A DNA stretch of 64,000 bases, taken from the IMG/VR virus record IMGVR_UViG_3300008255_000098. The stretch is one strand, 5' to 3'. Origin of the DNA: a virus. Its lineage: Duplodnaviria; Caudoviricetes. Positions 8,828 to 19,073 of this stretch are shown one piece after another; the first letter of the stretch is position 1, and every line of letters starts with the position of its first letter. The notes under the pieces were generated by a model that was not told where the DNA came from, did not search any database, and saw nothing but the letters and a program-made list of their open reading frames with translations. Both the position numbers and the translations under genes were made by a program.

Positions 8828-10033
8828 ATGGCAAAAAATGTTACCAGACAAAATATTCCACAAGATCCACGTAACCCAAAAGTTCACGTAAACTCAGGAT
8901 TTGAAGGGGACAGTACATCAGATACTTTTTTAATACCTCCATGCGGAATTGAAGATGCCGACGAAGCATTATTTCAACTTTTTGATAAAGATATTGGATT
9001 TACTGTAAGGCTTGTTGAGGCAAGTAACAAAAAAATTCAAATTAAAAAACCTTTTGTTATTTTCGCTACTGGTGAGCGTTTCGCAATCGCAAAGCGCCTT
9101 CGACCTCCTAGAGACAGAAACAACTCCTTGATGCTTCCAGCCATTTCGATTCGAAGAACCTCAATTGAACAAACCTCCGACGATATTACTGGGAGAGGTA
9201 TAAATCAGTTCACTGGAGATTTAGTAATAAAAAGACGTCTCGCCGCCGAAGATAGAGATTACCAAAGCCTTATAAATAAATTAGGTTTCCAGAACATAAG
9301 CGGGTCTTTATCTACAAGAACAACTGGCGAAGGACAAAATTCTGTAAAACAAGGCGGTTTATTAGAAACCAATATCAGTAACAATAATGTATGGGAAATA
9401 ATAACAATCCCACAACCACAATTTTTTACTGCGGTTTACGAAGTAATTTTTTGGACTAGCTTTACTCAGCATATGAATTATATGATTGAAACATTTATAT
9501 CATCATTTTTACCAAACGACAGGACTCATAAATTAGTTACTGATAAAGGATATTGGTTTGTGGCCCATACGGATGACACATTTCCAAACCAAGAAAATAT
9601 TGATGATTTTACTGAGGACGAGCGTATTTTGCGTTATTCGATGAATATCAAAGTAAAAGGATATATTTTAGCTGCGCAACATCCTACTAATGCAGTTCCA
9701 GTAAGAAGATGGGTTTCTTCACCTGAGATATCTTTTGAAATTAAAAATTCTTCTACGCAAATAATAAACAAAGAACACCTAGAACGCCCACCGCAAAGAG
9801 ATCCAGATTCTGTTGACGGATTTATGTTAACAGACTTAAATCTAGATTCGACACAAGAGACTCAAACATTAGATAGCAGATACGCAGTTAAAAAAGATAT
9901 TGTCAACAACAGGTCTGGAAAGAAAACAACTAGTTATGTTGCTATTTTAGAAACTAACCAAAAAAGCGGGGAGACAGTTTATCGAGCAAGTGATATTAAA
10001 ACTTTGGAAAGTTTTATTAAAACTTTAAAATAA
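8828..10033 (+). CDS. tail terminator / tail completion protein (gp15-like)
   Basis: KPFVIFATGERFA...MLPAISIRRTSIE and PQPQFFTAVYEVIFWT patterns; immediately precedes the sheath genes. Confidence 0.55.
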   Translation: MAKNVTRQNIPQDPRNPKVHVNSGFEGDSTSDTFLIPPCGIEDADEALFQLFDKDIGFTVRLVEASNKKIQIKKPFVIFATGERFAIAKRLRPPRDRNNSLMLPAISIRRTSIEQTSDDITGRGINQFTGDLVIKRRLAAEDRDYQSLINKLGFQNISGSLSTRTTGEGQNSVKQGGLLETNISNNNVWEIITIPQPQFFTAVYEVIFWTSFTQHMNYMIETFISSFLPNDRTHKLVTDKGYWFVAHTDDTFPNQENIDDFTEDERILRYSMNIKVKGYILAAQHPTNAVPVRRWVSSPEISFEIKNSSTQIINKEHLERPPQRDPDSVDGFMLTDLNLDSTQETQTLDSRYAVKKDIVNNRSGKKTTSYVAILETNQKSGETVYRASDIKTLESFIKTLK

Positions 10034-10155
10034 ATTTCTTTTTGCTACAATATTCTAAAAGATTTTTTTAAGATTTCATTAAATAGTGAAACAGTGATAT
10101 TTGCAACCTACTTATACACAGTATACTACAACCCTTTTAAAAGGATAATAATCAG

Positions 10156-13100
10156 ATGGCTAGTCAAATTTTTAACTTCCCAGGCTTTTTCGATAGAGAG
10201 ATAGACCTTACCGCAAGACAACAAACACCTACTGGAGTACCAGCTGGTGTTATTGGGACCTCGGAGCGTGGTCCAGCATTCGTACCATTCACTGTTGGTT
10301 CTTTTGCAGATTATAGAACAATTTTTGGGGATCTGAATGTTCGGCACAGTGCTCCTTATGCGGTTGATAAATTTTTAGAAAATCAGTCCGCACTTACCTT
10401 TGTAAGGGTTTTAGGAGCTGGGTCTAACGATACTTCCGCTGATATTGACGCTACTCGTTCTAAGGGAACAGTTAAAAATGCTGGTTTCGCTATTAGCGGA
10501 ACACTTGGAGAAGTGCCTAGCAGCCCAGCTGTTAGCCAGGGCTCTGTACAGTTTTTAGTTGCTACCCATTTTGTTTCTGGAAACGAAGCATTCGGTATGC
10601 CGATGTTCACAAATAACAACTCTACGCTCGTGACTGGTTCCGCTGACCTTGTAAACTTGGTTCGAGGTGTTATTTTTACCGCAAGCGGAACAAGAATTCA
10701 AGTTCTTGACCATGACGAAAATTATACTGAAATTGCTGATGCTATAGCAACACCCAATAGCACCACACGTTATTTCAAGATGGTAATTTCATCCTCTGCT
10801 GGTGCTAGCTTTGGAACCGATGAAGGATTTTCCGGAGTTAGAATTTACACTGCGTCTCTTAACCCAACAGATGACAACTATTTCGCAAAACTCTTGAATA
10901 CAGATCCTGAAAAGTTCGGTGATGAAAAACATCTATTGTACTCTGACTTTGCAGTTGACGCCGAGATAGCTACTTTAGAAACTGGTGCAGGAACGGTTGC
11001 AATAGCAAGCGGAAGTTCAAATACTTCTACAACAAGCGGAGACACTTCCCTTCCGTTCTTAAATGCGTTTGGAAAGTTCAACACTCGTTATACCACCCCT
11101 CGTTCTCCTTGGTTTATTTCTCAGCCATATGGACAAACTGAACATGATTTGTTTTATATTGAGGCCACCGACGATGGAGCATACGCAAACTCTCGGATAA
11201 AAGTTTCAATCACAAACATTCAAAAATCTGCAAATCCAAAAGATAAGTTTGGGACATTCAATGTTGTGGTTCGTGCTTTTGATGATACCGATGTCAATCC
11301 AAAAATTTTAGAACAGTTCAGCAGCCTAAGCTTGAATCCTGCCACAGATAAATATATTGGAAAAGTAATCGGAGATAAGAAAGCTCGATATAACTTTGAT
11401 GCTGAAAATGCTGAGGATAGACGTTTGCTTACCACAGGAATGTACGCCAACAAAAGTCGTAATATCAGAGTTATAATTTCAGATGCTGTAGCACAGGGCT
11501 CTATTCCTGCTGATGCTGTCCCATTTGGTTTCCGTGGAATTGAACTTCTAAACACCAATACACTATTAGCAGATACTACAGGTTCTTCAGGACTTGGAAC
11601 TAGCGGAAGACTTGGAATTCATGGGTCTGGGCTTAACGGAAGGCTTGAAGGAGCAATAGTTCCGCCAATCCCATTGCGCTTCAAAGTTACTCGTGGAGAA
11701 GTAGATAATACAGCGGGTGGTTTGATTGGAGAAGCTGGAATCTCTGAAGTAGCGGACGCACGTTACTTCTGGGGTGTTAAATTCACAAGAAACAACAACA
11801 ACCTAAATCCAAATATCGTAGGACTTGAGAACAAGCTTATCCGTTCGTTCACAAATTTTTCTGGTATAGAAAAACTTGATGTTTTGGTTACCGGATCTAA
11901 TAAAGATGTCTTCAACAACAACAAGTTTACTCTAGCGAGAGTTGCACTTGGCAACAGTGCTTTAGCTGATGTAACTTCATCCGTGAATAGCCACATGAAA
12001 GAAGCTGCCTATATTCGTAATGGTAGTCCTGACAGTTTTGAGTACAAAATTACTGACGGTGCGGTAGATCGTATTACTTTAGCTACTCTTTACCAGAAAA
12101 GTACCTCGGCATCAGAATTCAACAAGTTTTCTGGTTTTGCCAAGTTCACCACTTTCTTGTATGGAGGATTTGATGGTACAAACACATTAGACAAAAACTC
12201 GGCCATGCAGAATGATAGGTCAACCTCGTCTGAGACTCGTTCAACAGATGGTGAAGAAGGAAATGCTTCAAGCACATTTGTTTCTCCAGGGTTTGATGTA
12301 AACCAAAACGGCGCAGGAATCCAAAATGCTTCTGTAAACTCGTATAGGGTTGCAACAAACATCATTACTGACACAATAGCTTCTAATGTTAACATCGTTG
12401 CAGTGCCTGGGCAACGAGACCCTTTGGTAACAGATTATGTTTCAGATGCTGTTAGAGACTTTGGAATCGCATTTTATGTAATGGATATTGCTTCTTATGA
12501 CTCAAGTGCAGACCGTATTTGGGATAACGAGCCAACCAAATATATTGACGTAGAACAAACTGCAAATATTTTTGAACAACGTGCAATCGACAACGAATAT
12601 GCGGGTGCGTATTTCCCAGATGTTGTTATGGAAGATACTATCAACAGAAGAAAAGTAACTGTTCCTTCAACAATTACAGCCCTTGCTGCTCTTGGATTCA
12701 ATGATAGAGTAGCATATCCATGGTTTGCTCCTGCTGGATTCAATCGTGCGGCTCTTAATTTTGTTGATCGAGCAAAAGTACGAATTCGCCAAACAGAACG
12801 TGAGAGATTATTCTCTGTTCATATCAACCCAATAGTTAAATTCCCAGGGAACAGTGCAAATGTTATTTTTGCTCAAAATACCTTAGAACAAGCTGAAACC
12901 GCATTAGGTTCAATCAACGTAGTTAGAATGTTGAATGAGCTAAAACGCCAAGTTGCAGATATTGGAAATAGAAAAATTTGGGAGCAAATTACACCTAGCC
13001 TATATACTGATCTTGAAAAATCTTTCAGAGGAGTTCTTAACACAATTACTTCTCAGGCAGGAATCGAAAGATATGAAGTTGTTGTTGATGGAAGAAATAA

Positions 13101-13221
13101 TACAAACATTGACAGAGAAAATAACACTGTTAACGTTCGTATTGTTCTAATACCGACAAGGGCAGTTGAGTTTGTTGCTATTGATTTTGTTATCACAAGG
13201 AGCGGCGTAGAATTTAGATAA
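10156..13221 (+). CDS. gp18: tail sheath protein 1 (gp18-like)
   Basis: N-terminal FPGFFDREID...GVIGTSERGPAFVP; C-terminal WFAPAGFNRA, INPI, SINVVRML and PTRAVEFVAIDF sheath motifs. Confidence 0.9.
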   Translation: MASQIFNFPGFFDREIDLTARQQTPTGVPAGVIGTSERGPAFVPFTVGSFADYRTIFGDLNVRHSAPYAVDKFLENQSALTFVRVLGAGSNDTSADIDATRSKGTVKNAGFAISGTLGEVPSSPAVSQGSVQFLVATHFVSGNEAFGMPMFTNNNSTLVTGSADLVNLVRGVIFTASGTRIQVLDHDENYTEIADAIATPNSTTRYFKMVISSSAGASFGTDEGFSGVRIYTASLNPTDDNYFAKLLNTDPEKFGDEKHLLYSDFAVDAEIATLETGAGTVAIASGSSNTSTTSGDTSLPFLNAFGKFNTRYTTPRSPWFISQPYGQTEHDLFYIEATDDGAYANSRIKVSITNIQKSANPKDKFGTFNVVVRAFDDTDVNPKILEQFSSLSLNPATDKYIGKVIGDKKARYNFDAENAEDRRLLTTGMYANKSRNIRVIISDAVAQGSIPADAVPFGFRGIELLNTNTLLADTTGSSGLGTSGRLGIHGSGLNGRLEGAIVPPIPLRFKVTRGEVDNTAGGLIGEAGISEVADARYFWGVKFTRNNNNLNPNIVGLENKLIRSFTNFSGIEKLDVLVTGSNKDVFNNNKFTLARVALGNSALADVTSSVNSHMKEAAYIRNGSPDSFEYKITDGAVDRITLATLYQKSTSASEFNKFSGFAKFTTFLYGGFDGTNTLDKNSAMQNDRSTSSETRSTDGEEGNASSTFVSPGFDVNQNGAGIQNASVNSYRVATNIITDTIASNVNIVAVPGQRDPLVTDYVSDAVRDFGIAFYVMDIASYDSSADRIWDNEPTKYIDVEQTANIFEQRAIDNEYAGAYFPDVVMEDTINRRKVTVPSTITALAALGFNDRVAYPWFAPAGFNRAALNFVDRAKVRIRQTERERLFSVHINPIVKFPGNSANVIFAQNTLEQAETALGSINVVRMLNELKRQVADIGNRKIWEQITPSLYTDLEKSFRGVLNTITSQAGIERYEVVVDGRNNTNIDRENNTVNVRIVLIPTRAVEFVAIDFVITRSGVEFR

Positions 13222-13326
13222 TATAAATTGATATTCTAGAATAAACAATATTTTAAACAAAGAATACTATTTAAACAAAACACGCACTAAGATGTATTTC
13301 TAAGGACTATAATAAAGATATGCAAA

Positions 13327-13332
13327 TACTTA
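13327..13332 (+). promoter_or_regulatory. putative late promoter motif TACTTA
   Basis: upstream of sheath 2; recurring motif. Confidence 0.5.
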
Positions 13333-13350
13333 CCATAACAGGAAATAAAA

Positions 13351-16300
13351 ATGACAATTAATTTCAGCAGCGCAGGAGTTTCAGCCAGAGTTATTAACTT
13401 AACTGGCCCAACAGCAACTCAACCATTAGGAATACCAGCAGGCGTTATCGGAACTTCACAAAAAGGTCCGGCATATGTGCCAGTGACGGTAGCCACAACG
13501 CAAGATTTCACAGTTGTATTTGGGCAACCAGCAAATGATAAATCAAACGGACCTCTTTCGGTAGCAGAATGGCTTAAAACACAACAAGCTGCGACTTTTG
13601 TCAGAGTTTTAGGCTCGGGCCAGGGAAAGAAAAGAGAAACTTCTGGTGACAACCAGGGGAGAGCCATCGGTGCAGGTTTTGTTGTCGGAGATGAACAGCC
13701 TACCGCTGCTGGGGCTCTTGGTAATAATATTTATGCAAACTCCGGTGGAAGCCCTACTGGACGTTTATATTTCTTAAATGCTTTTATGTCTGAATCAAAT
13801 GGCTCTGGTGTCTTTACAGATGCTGGGCTTTTAGGCGAGGCGCAGCCGATTATTCGAGGCGTTATTATGGCAGCTTCGGGTGTTATTTTACGTCTTTCTT
13901 CTTCAATCACTGGGACAACTAACAGCACGCCGTCTCCTTCTCTGATAGCAACTGAAGAAACTGCAAGTGGCTCAAGCCTTGGTTCAATAAATCTATCTGG
14001 CGGTAGACAAGAATTTATAATGTTATTGAATGGGCATAAAGGAACTGATGAAAACTATCCAAGAGTTATTACAGCTTCTTTGGATATAGATGCGCCAAAC
14101 TATATTGGACGGTCTCTTAACACAGACCCGCTTTTGATGGAAAAAGCGGGATATATGTTGTATGCAGATTATTCTGTACATCCAAACTTAGCTGTAGTCA
14201 CTGGTTCAAATGTTTTATCAACAGTAACCATGGATAGCTTTTCGGCAGGCGTGCTGGTGGGATTAGAACCAGCCATTTTCCTATCTTCTGGCTCTCTTAC
14301 GAGAAATTCTGGTTCGGTTATTGCTCCAAGTTATGAAAATTGGGAAGATAGATTCGGGACCCCAAAATCTCCTTGGATTGTATCACAAAAGTTTGGTGGA
14401 AAGCCACAAAACTTATTTAGAATTCATGCTCTGGATGACGGAAAATGGGATAACGACAAAATAAAATGGTCAATAGAAAATCTGACACCATCTATTAGCG
14501 ACGCTAATCCATATGGAACTTTTGACCTTCTGGTTAGAAAATACAATGACACAGACAAAAACAGAGAAACGGTGGAGGCTTGGAGAAAGCTTTCTCTTAA
14601 CCCAAGCTCTGATAACTACATAGCACGAGTCATAGGAGATACACACGTTTTCTATAACTTTGATGCTGCCGAGGGTTCACAAAAAATTACCGAGACAGGA
14701 GAATATCCTAATCGTTCAAGCGTAATTCGAGTCGAAGTTGCTGGCGCAGTCGATAGTGAAGAAGTTGACAAAACAGCGTTGCCAATGGGCTTCAGAGGTA
14801 TTGCTCATCTTGTTACTTCAGGATCCGCTCCGCTTGCTTCGATGTTGGATCCTATTACAAGTGTAGTTTTTGGAACTGCTGTTGGAGATCCAGCACAGAA
14901 TGTTGTTCAAATGCCAGTTCCTTTCCGAAGTAATATCAACGTTGGGGCGGCTTCTTCGCAAAGAGCAGATAAGGGACTTTATTGGGGAGTTCAGTTCGAA
15001 AGAAAACTAAGCGTTTCAGAACAAAACTCAACTAGTGAAGCTGAAAAAAGCATATCTTCATATACCACTTACTTCCCAAATTTCCAAACAACCTATATGA
15101 ACGTAGTAGTTGATAACAACGAAGGTACTTTAGATAGCACGGCAAATGGTATACTAGATGCTGATAGATTTAACAATAACTTGTTTAGTCTTGAAAATAT
15201 CGAGATTACACAAACTGCTACTGGCACAGCAGATGCTTCAACTCTAACGAGTTGGAACTATGTTCGAAACGGAAATATCGTTGACAATGGGTCAGTTAGA
15301 GCTTTGACAGCTACAGATTTAGCAGACTCTTCAGTTAGACAGGTTGCTAAATTCAATGGTATAGTTCAAGGTGGATTTGACGGAGTACGTATCTTTGATA
15401 ACGATACAGCTGAGTTAACAAACACGGCTATTATCGAAGAGATGGACAATGCAAATCGAGGAACATCTAATGGACCGACTGTCAAAGCCTATAAAAAGGC
15501 GCTAGACGTTATTGTGGACGACACTGAAACAGATATTCAGCTATTGACTATTCCAGGTGTCAGACATCCAATTATTACGGATGATGCAATAATCAAAGTT
15601 GAGGAACGTTTCGATGCTATGTATATCATGGACCCAATAGTATATGATACTACAAATACATTAGTTACGGCTTCTTCCCAGGACATCAGTGTTACTTACA
15701 CAGCAAATAACCACAGGGATAGAGGAATTAATTCTTCTTTCGCAGCTGCGTATTTCCCAGATGTAATCATTAGAGATGCACAAAATAATGTAACAAGACA
15801 AGTTCCTCCGTCAGTTGCCGTTCTTGGAGCATTTGGCTTAAACGACTCAGTAGGACACCCATGGTTTGCTCCTGCTGGCTTTGCCCGAGGAGCTTTGTCT
15901 AGCGCAGAACAAACTGTCCTGTCACTGACTCGTGCAAACATGAATAGCCTACAAGACGTAAAGATTAACCCGTTGGTTACTTTCGCTGGATCTAATGGAG
16001 TAACTGTTTGGGGGCAACGAACACTTCTTGGAAGTGACAGTGCCCTTGAAAGAGTAAGTGTTAGAAGATTGTTGATTAGCTTGCGTAGACAGGTTAAACA
16101 AGTTTCTAGAAGATTTGTTTTTGAGCAAGGCAGAGCAGAAACACTTGCAAGATTCTCACAACTTGTAAATCCAATTCTCAAAAAGGTTCAAGACCAAAAT
16201 GGTCTTGAGAAATTCCTTGTAAGAATTGACACTTCTACCACCACACAAGCGGACGTTGAAAACAGAACGATAAGAGGACAAATATTCTTAGTTCCTACAA

Positions 16301-16368
16301 AGACCTTGGAATTCTTGTCAATAGATTTTGCTGTGACAAACCAAGCAACATTTGTTTCTAGTATCTAG
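13351..16368 (+). CDS. gp18: tail sheath protein 2 (gp18-like paralog)
   Basis: SAGVSARVINL...GVIGTSQKGPAYVP; WFAPAGFARG, VWGQRTL, VRRLLI and PTKTLEFLSIDF motifs. Confidence 0.9.
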   Translation: MTINFSSAGVSARVINLTGPTATQPLGIPAGVIGTSQKGPAYVPVTVATTQDFTVVFGQPANDKSNGPLSVAEWLKTQQAATFVRVLGSGQGKKRETSGDNQGRAIGAGFVVGDEQPTAAGALGNNIYANSGGSPTGRLYFLNAFMSESNGSGVFTDAGLLGEAQPIIRGVIMAASGVILRLSSSITGTTNSTPSPSLIATEETASGSSLGSINLSGGRQEFIMLLNGHKGTDENYPRVITASLDIDAPNYIGRSLNTDPLLMEKAGYMLYADYSVHPNLAVVTGSNVLSTVTMDSFSAGVLVGLEPAIFLSSGSLTRNSGSVIAPSYENWEDRFGTPKSPWIVSQKFGGKPQNLFRIHALDDGKWDNDKIKWSIENLTPSISDANPYGTFDLLVRKYNDTDKNRETVEAWRKLSLNPSSDNYIARVIGDTHVFYNFDAAEGSQKITETGEYPNRSSVIRVEVAGAVDSEEVDKTALPMGFRGIAHLVTSGSAPLASMLDPITSVVFGTAVGDPAQNVVQMPVPFRSNINVGAASSQRADKGLYWGVQFERKLSVSEQNSTSEAEKSISSYTTYFPNFQTTYMNVVVDNNEGTLDSTANGILDADRFNNNLFSLENIEITQTATGTADASTLTSWNYVRNGNIVDNGSVRALTATDLADSSVRQVAKFNGIVQGGFDGVRIFDNDTAELTNTAIIEEMDNANRGTSNGPTVKAYKKALDVIVDDTETDIQLLTIPGVRHPIITDDAIIKVEERFDAMYIMDPIVYDTTNTLVTASSQDISVTYTANNHRDRGINSSFAAAYFPDVIIRDAQNNVTRQVPPSVAVLGAFGLNDSVGHPWFAPAGFARGALSSAEQTVLSLTRANMNSLQDVKINPLVTFAGSNGVTVWGQRTLLGSDSALERVSVRRLLISLRRQVKQVSRRFVFEQGRAETLARFSQLVNPILKKVQDQNGLEKFLVRIDTSTTTQADVENRTIRGQIFLVPTKTLEFLSIDFAVTNQATFVSSI

Positions 16369-16387
16369 TCTTTTACAAATATCTAAG

Positions 16388-16417
16388 TAAAGCGGCGAAC
16401 AGCCGCTTTATTTTTTT
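16388..16417 (+). terminator. intrinsic terminator after the sheath operon
   Basis: TAAAGCGGC-GAACA-GCCGCTTTA followed by a T run. Confidence 0.8.
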
Positions 16418-16450
16418 AATATTTCTTTTATTTTGAAAATTTATAAAACA

Positions 16451-16606
16451 GGGCGTGAAACCCCATCCATCGGGTGGGATGTTAAAAAAGCGGGTGGACT
16501 TGTGAATCTTGTGATAGGAAGTATTAACATATTGTTTCTGGTGAAGCTTCACCAATTTGTGATTGTTGCAAAATAATTGTATCTTTACAAAAAATCAGAC
16601 TATTTA
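16451..16606 (+). mobile_element. tnpB-element left end remnant ending in a late-promoter motif
   Basis: GGGCGTGAAACCCCATCCATCGGGTGGGATG hairpin like the other left ends; GACTATTTA at a similar spacing as in 7658 and 26423 copies. Confidence 0.6.
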
Positions 16607-16625
16607 CTAACTGAATAAGGAATCT

Positions 16626-17261
16626 ATGAAACTTACAAAATCTCAACTTAATACTTTGGTTAGGCAAGCTATTCGCAAATCTCTCAATGAAACAATGAGA
16701 TTTCCAAAAAACTCAACCAAAGTAAATGACCAAAATGACGTTGGTATGTCAAAAAATGATTTATCAGCACACCTCTCCGCTGAACGTGAAAAAAAGCAAA
16801 GAAAAGATGTTCAACAACGTAGAGCTTCAATGCGCAATACTTCTCGTGGCATGGAGTTGGAAAGCGGATGTGAACTTACTGAGGACCAACACGAAGGGCG
16901 TGAAGATTACTTAAAAAAGCTTCGTAGTGCTGGTTGGGACGATACAGAAATTTTAGAAGAGTTAGTTCTGGCTATGTCAAACTCTGAGGCCACAGAAAAC
17001 TTTAAGTATATTTTAGACAAGTGGGAACACAACGGTGAGGAACCAGAAAGAGAAGAGTTGGTGGGCAAGGAAGTGCCTGCCGCCGATGGCAGCGACTACG
17101 GATTTCGAATTCTTAATTTTCTCCCAGACACCGACGATTACACGGGACAAATCATCACTTGGAGCACAGGCGTTCCAAGCGAACAGACGACTAGAGAGAT
17201 AGACGCCTTCAAATTGTCCTACCGTTATATACCGGGGAAGGCCAGGAAGTCCAGAGTTTAG
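16626..17261 (+). CDS. hypothetical virion protein with class I leader
   Basis: MKLTKSQLNTLVRQAIRKSLNE leader. Confidence 0.7.
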   Translation: MKLTKSQLNTLVRQAIRKSLNETMRFPKNSTKVNDQNDVGMSKNDLSAHLSAEREKKQRKDVQQRRASMRNTSRGMELESGCELTEDQHEGREDYLKKLRSAGWDDTEILEELVLAMSNSEATENFKYILDKWEHNGEEPEREELVGKEVPAADGSDYGFRILNFLPDTDDYTGQIITWSTGVPSEQTTREIDAFKLSYRYIPGKARKSRV

Positions 17262-17401
17262 CGGGTATCTTGTGAATGCGCTTTGTTGAACTCAATGCAA
17301 AAAATGTATGAAGGAAATGAATATTGTCGTCGGCGGAAAATGGTTCGAAATATGGCCAAAACACATTAGGCACATCATCACCAAAAAGAAAAGCTAAAGA
17401 C

Positions 17402-17439
17402 TTAGCAGACTCTTCAGTTAGACAGGTTGCTAAATTCAA
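17402..17439 (+). repeat. 38-nt exact intergenic copy of sheath-2 coding sequence (15319-15356)
   Basis: TTAGCAGACTCTTCAGTTAGACAGGTTGCTAAATTCAA occurs at both positions. Confidence 0.9.
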
Positions 17440-17487
17440 CGATACAAGAGTCTCAACTAGTTAATAAAGAAAGCAAAAGAAAAGATT

Positions 17488-17715
17488 ATGAAAGTTACAA
17501 AATCCCAAATTAAAGAAATGGTTCGTGCCGCCGTCAGAAAACAACTCACTGAAGCTAGTTCTGGGGTTGAGGTAAAAAATGTTATGATTGATGTTTTACG
17601 AGATAGTGGTATGACAGATACTGATATTCTTACACAACTCGTAGCTGCATTAGATGACCAAAGTGTTCGAGTAGCTCTAGGAACGTTAGTTGGTCAAGCA
17701 CAAAGCAAAAAATAA
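17488..17715 (+). CDS. small virion protein with class I leader
   Basis: MKVTKSQIKEMVRAAVRKQLTE leader; body similar to the middle of 16626 (LRDSGMTDTDILTQLV vs LRSAGWDDTEILEELV). Confidence 0.7.
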   Translation: MKVTKSQIKEMVRAAVRKQLTEASSGVEVKNVMIDVLRDSGMTDTDILTQLVAALDDQSVRVALGTLVGQAQSKK

Positions 17716-17967
17716 ATGAAAATATCAAAGGCGCAGCTAGAAAATCTAATAAAAGAAGCAGTCAAAAAACAATTAGATGAATCTGTCTCCGTTGGAGAAA
17801 TTGAAAACAGAATTGCAAGACTTGATAGGCATAGGCTAGAAAACAATCTTAGTGTTTATGAAATTTTAGAAGACGTATTGGAGCAGATTGACAATGAAAC
17901 CTGGGAAGCGATCTTAAAAGGAATAAATTATAAATACGGAATATCAAACAAAAACAATTCGATATAA
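17716..17967 (+). CDS. small virion protein with class I leader
   Basis: MKISKAQLENLIKEAVKKQLDE leader. Confidence 0.7.
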   Translation: MKISKAQLENLIKEAVKKQLDESVSVGEIENRIARLDRHRLENNLSVYEILEDVLEQIDNETWEAILKGINYKYGISNKNNSI

Positions 17968-18001
17968 GTACAGTATATTATAAGTTTAGCAGGGAAATTT
18001 T

Positions 18002-18463
18002 ATGAAATTAGATAGAACACAGTTTAAAAAGGTTTTAAAGGAATGTATGCGAGAGTTAATTGACGAAGGTGCATTTAGTAACGTAATGAAAGAAAGTAAC
18101 TTCCGTCAAGAAGCTTCTAACGAACGCCCAGCCGCAAATGATTTTGTTGCTTCGAGCCAAGTCGGAAATTCTTCTCCGAATGATCGACTTAAAGAAATTT
18201 CTAGAGCTGCCGCTGCTCAGATTTCAAAAGGGGATCCTAAATCTCGTGCAATGATGGAAAGTATTTTTGAAGACACTGCTCGCACAACGTGGCAAAGACA
18301 AATGGAAGCTGAGCGTGGCGGTACAGGACAAGATGAGGTCTATGTTGGCGACGAAACAAGTGCAGAAGTCAATGCACAAGAGATGGCTATGTTAGATGTG
18401 TTAAGTGGTGGCCGTGGGGCTCAACATTGGGCAGCTGTTGCACTTGGGAAAACAAATAAGTAA
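18002..18463 (+). CDS. putative head-assembly/core protein with class I leader
   Basis: MKLDRTQFKKVLKECMRELIDE leader; upstream of scaffold and MCP. Confidence 0.65.
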   Translation: MKLDRTQFKKVLKECMRELIDEGAFSNVMKESNFRQEASNERPAANDFVASSQVGNSSPNDRLKEISRAAAAQISKGDPKSRAMMESIFEDTARTTWQRQMEAERGGTGQDEVYVGDETSAEVNAQEMAMLDVLSGGRGAQHWAAVALGKTNK

Positions 18464-18579
18464 AATCATTTTTTGTGAATTTTTCTTTTAAAAATATAAT
18501 AAAATCATTTTTCGTGAATACTTCTACGACTAAACTATTTCTAGCGAATATTTACACCATGTAAGGAAACTAATTTATC

Positions 18580-19059
18580 ATGCCTAACCATCACCAACTT
18601 GTAATAGACGCCCCGGTAACAACTCGGGGCTCAGGAAGATCGAGTACGACAGATCTTCTTATAGCTTATCCAGCTTCTCCGACTAACACCCTAAGTGATG
18701 CAGATATTAAAGACCTTTTCATAAACACTGTTTTAGCACAAGCAACTGGTGGAATTGTTAATGATGGCGGACATACTTTCGGCGAAGTAGCAATTGATTA
18801 TGCTGCTGCCCCAAATATTGAAGAAGTTGTCGTTGGCGGCGCAGGGCTCCCTGGCAATCCACATGCTCCAAACATTGTTTCTCCAGGCGAGGGCGTAGAC
18901 CCAACAACTATGCCAGATGGAAGCGCAATTACTTTGGCGGCAAAGGGCCAAGGCGGACCATTCCCAGGATATGTCGGTGGCGACAATCCTAGTGTAACAA
19001 GCGCAAATGTTACTCCACTTACTATTGGCAGTCTTTCGGGTCACGGACACACGGCTTAA
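18580..19059 (+). CDS. Gly/Pro-rich hypothetical virion protein
   Basis: 159 aa; TATTTA at 18549 and an SD-like AAGGA upstream; directly before the scaffold. Confidence 0.65.
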   Translation: MPNHHQLVIDAPVTTRGSGRSSTTDLLIAYPASPTNTLSDADIKDLFINTVLAQATGGIVNDGGHTFGEVAIDYAAAPNIEEVVVGGAGLPGNPHAPNIVSPGEGVDPTTMPDGSAITLAAKGQGGPFPGYVGGDNPSVTSANVTPLTIGSLSGHGHTA

Positions 19060-19073
19060 TCAAGGAATATTTC

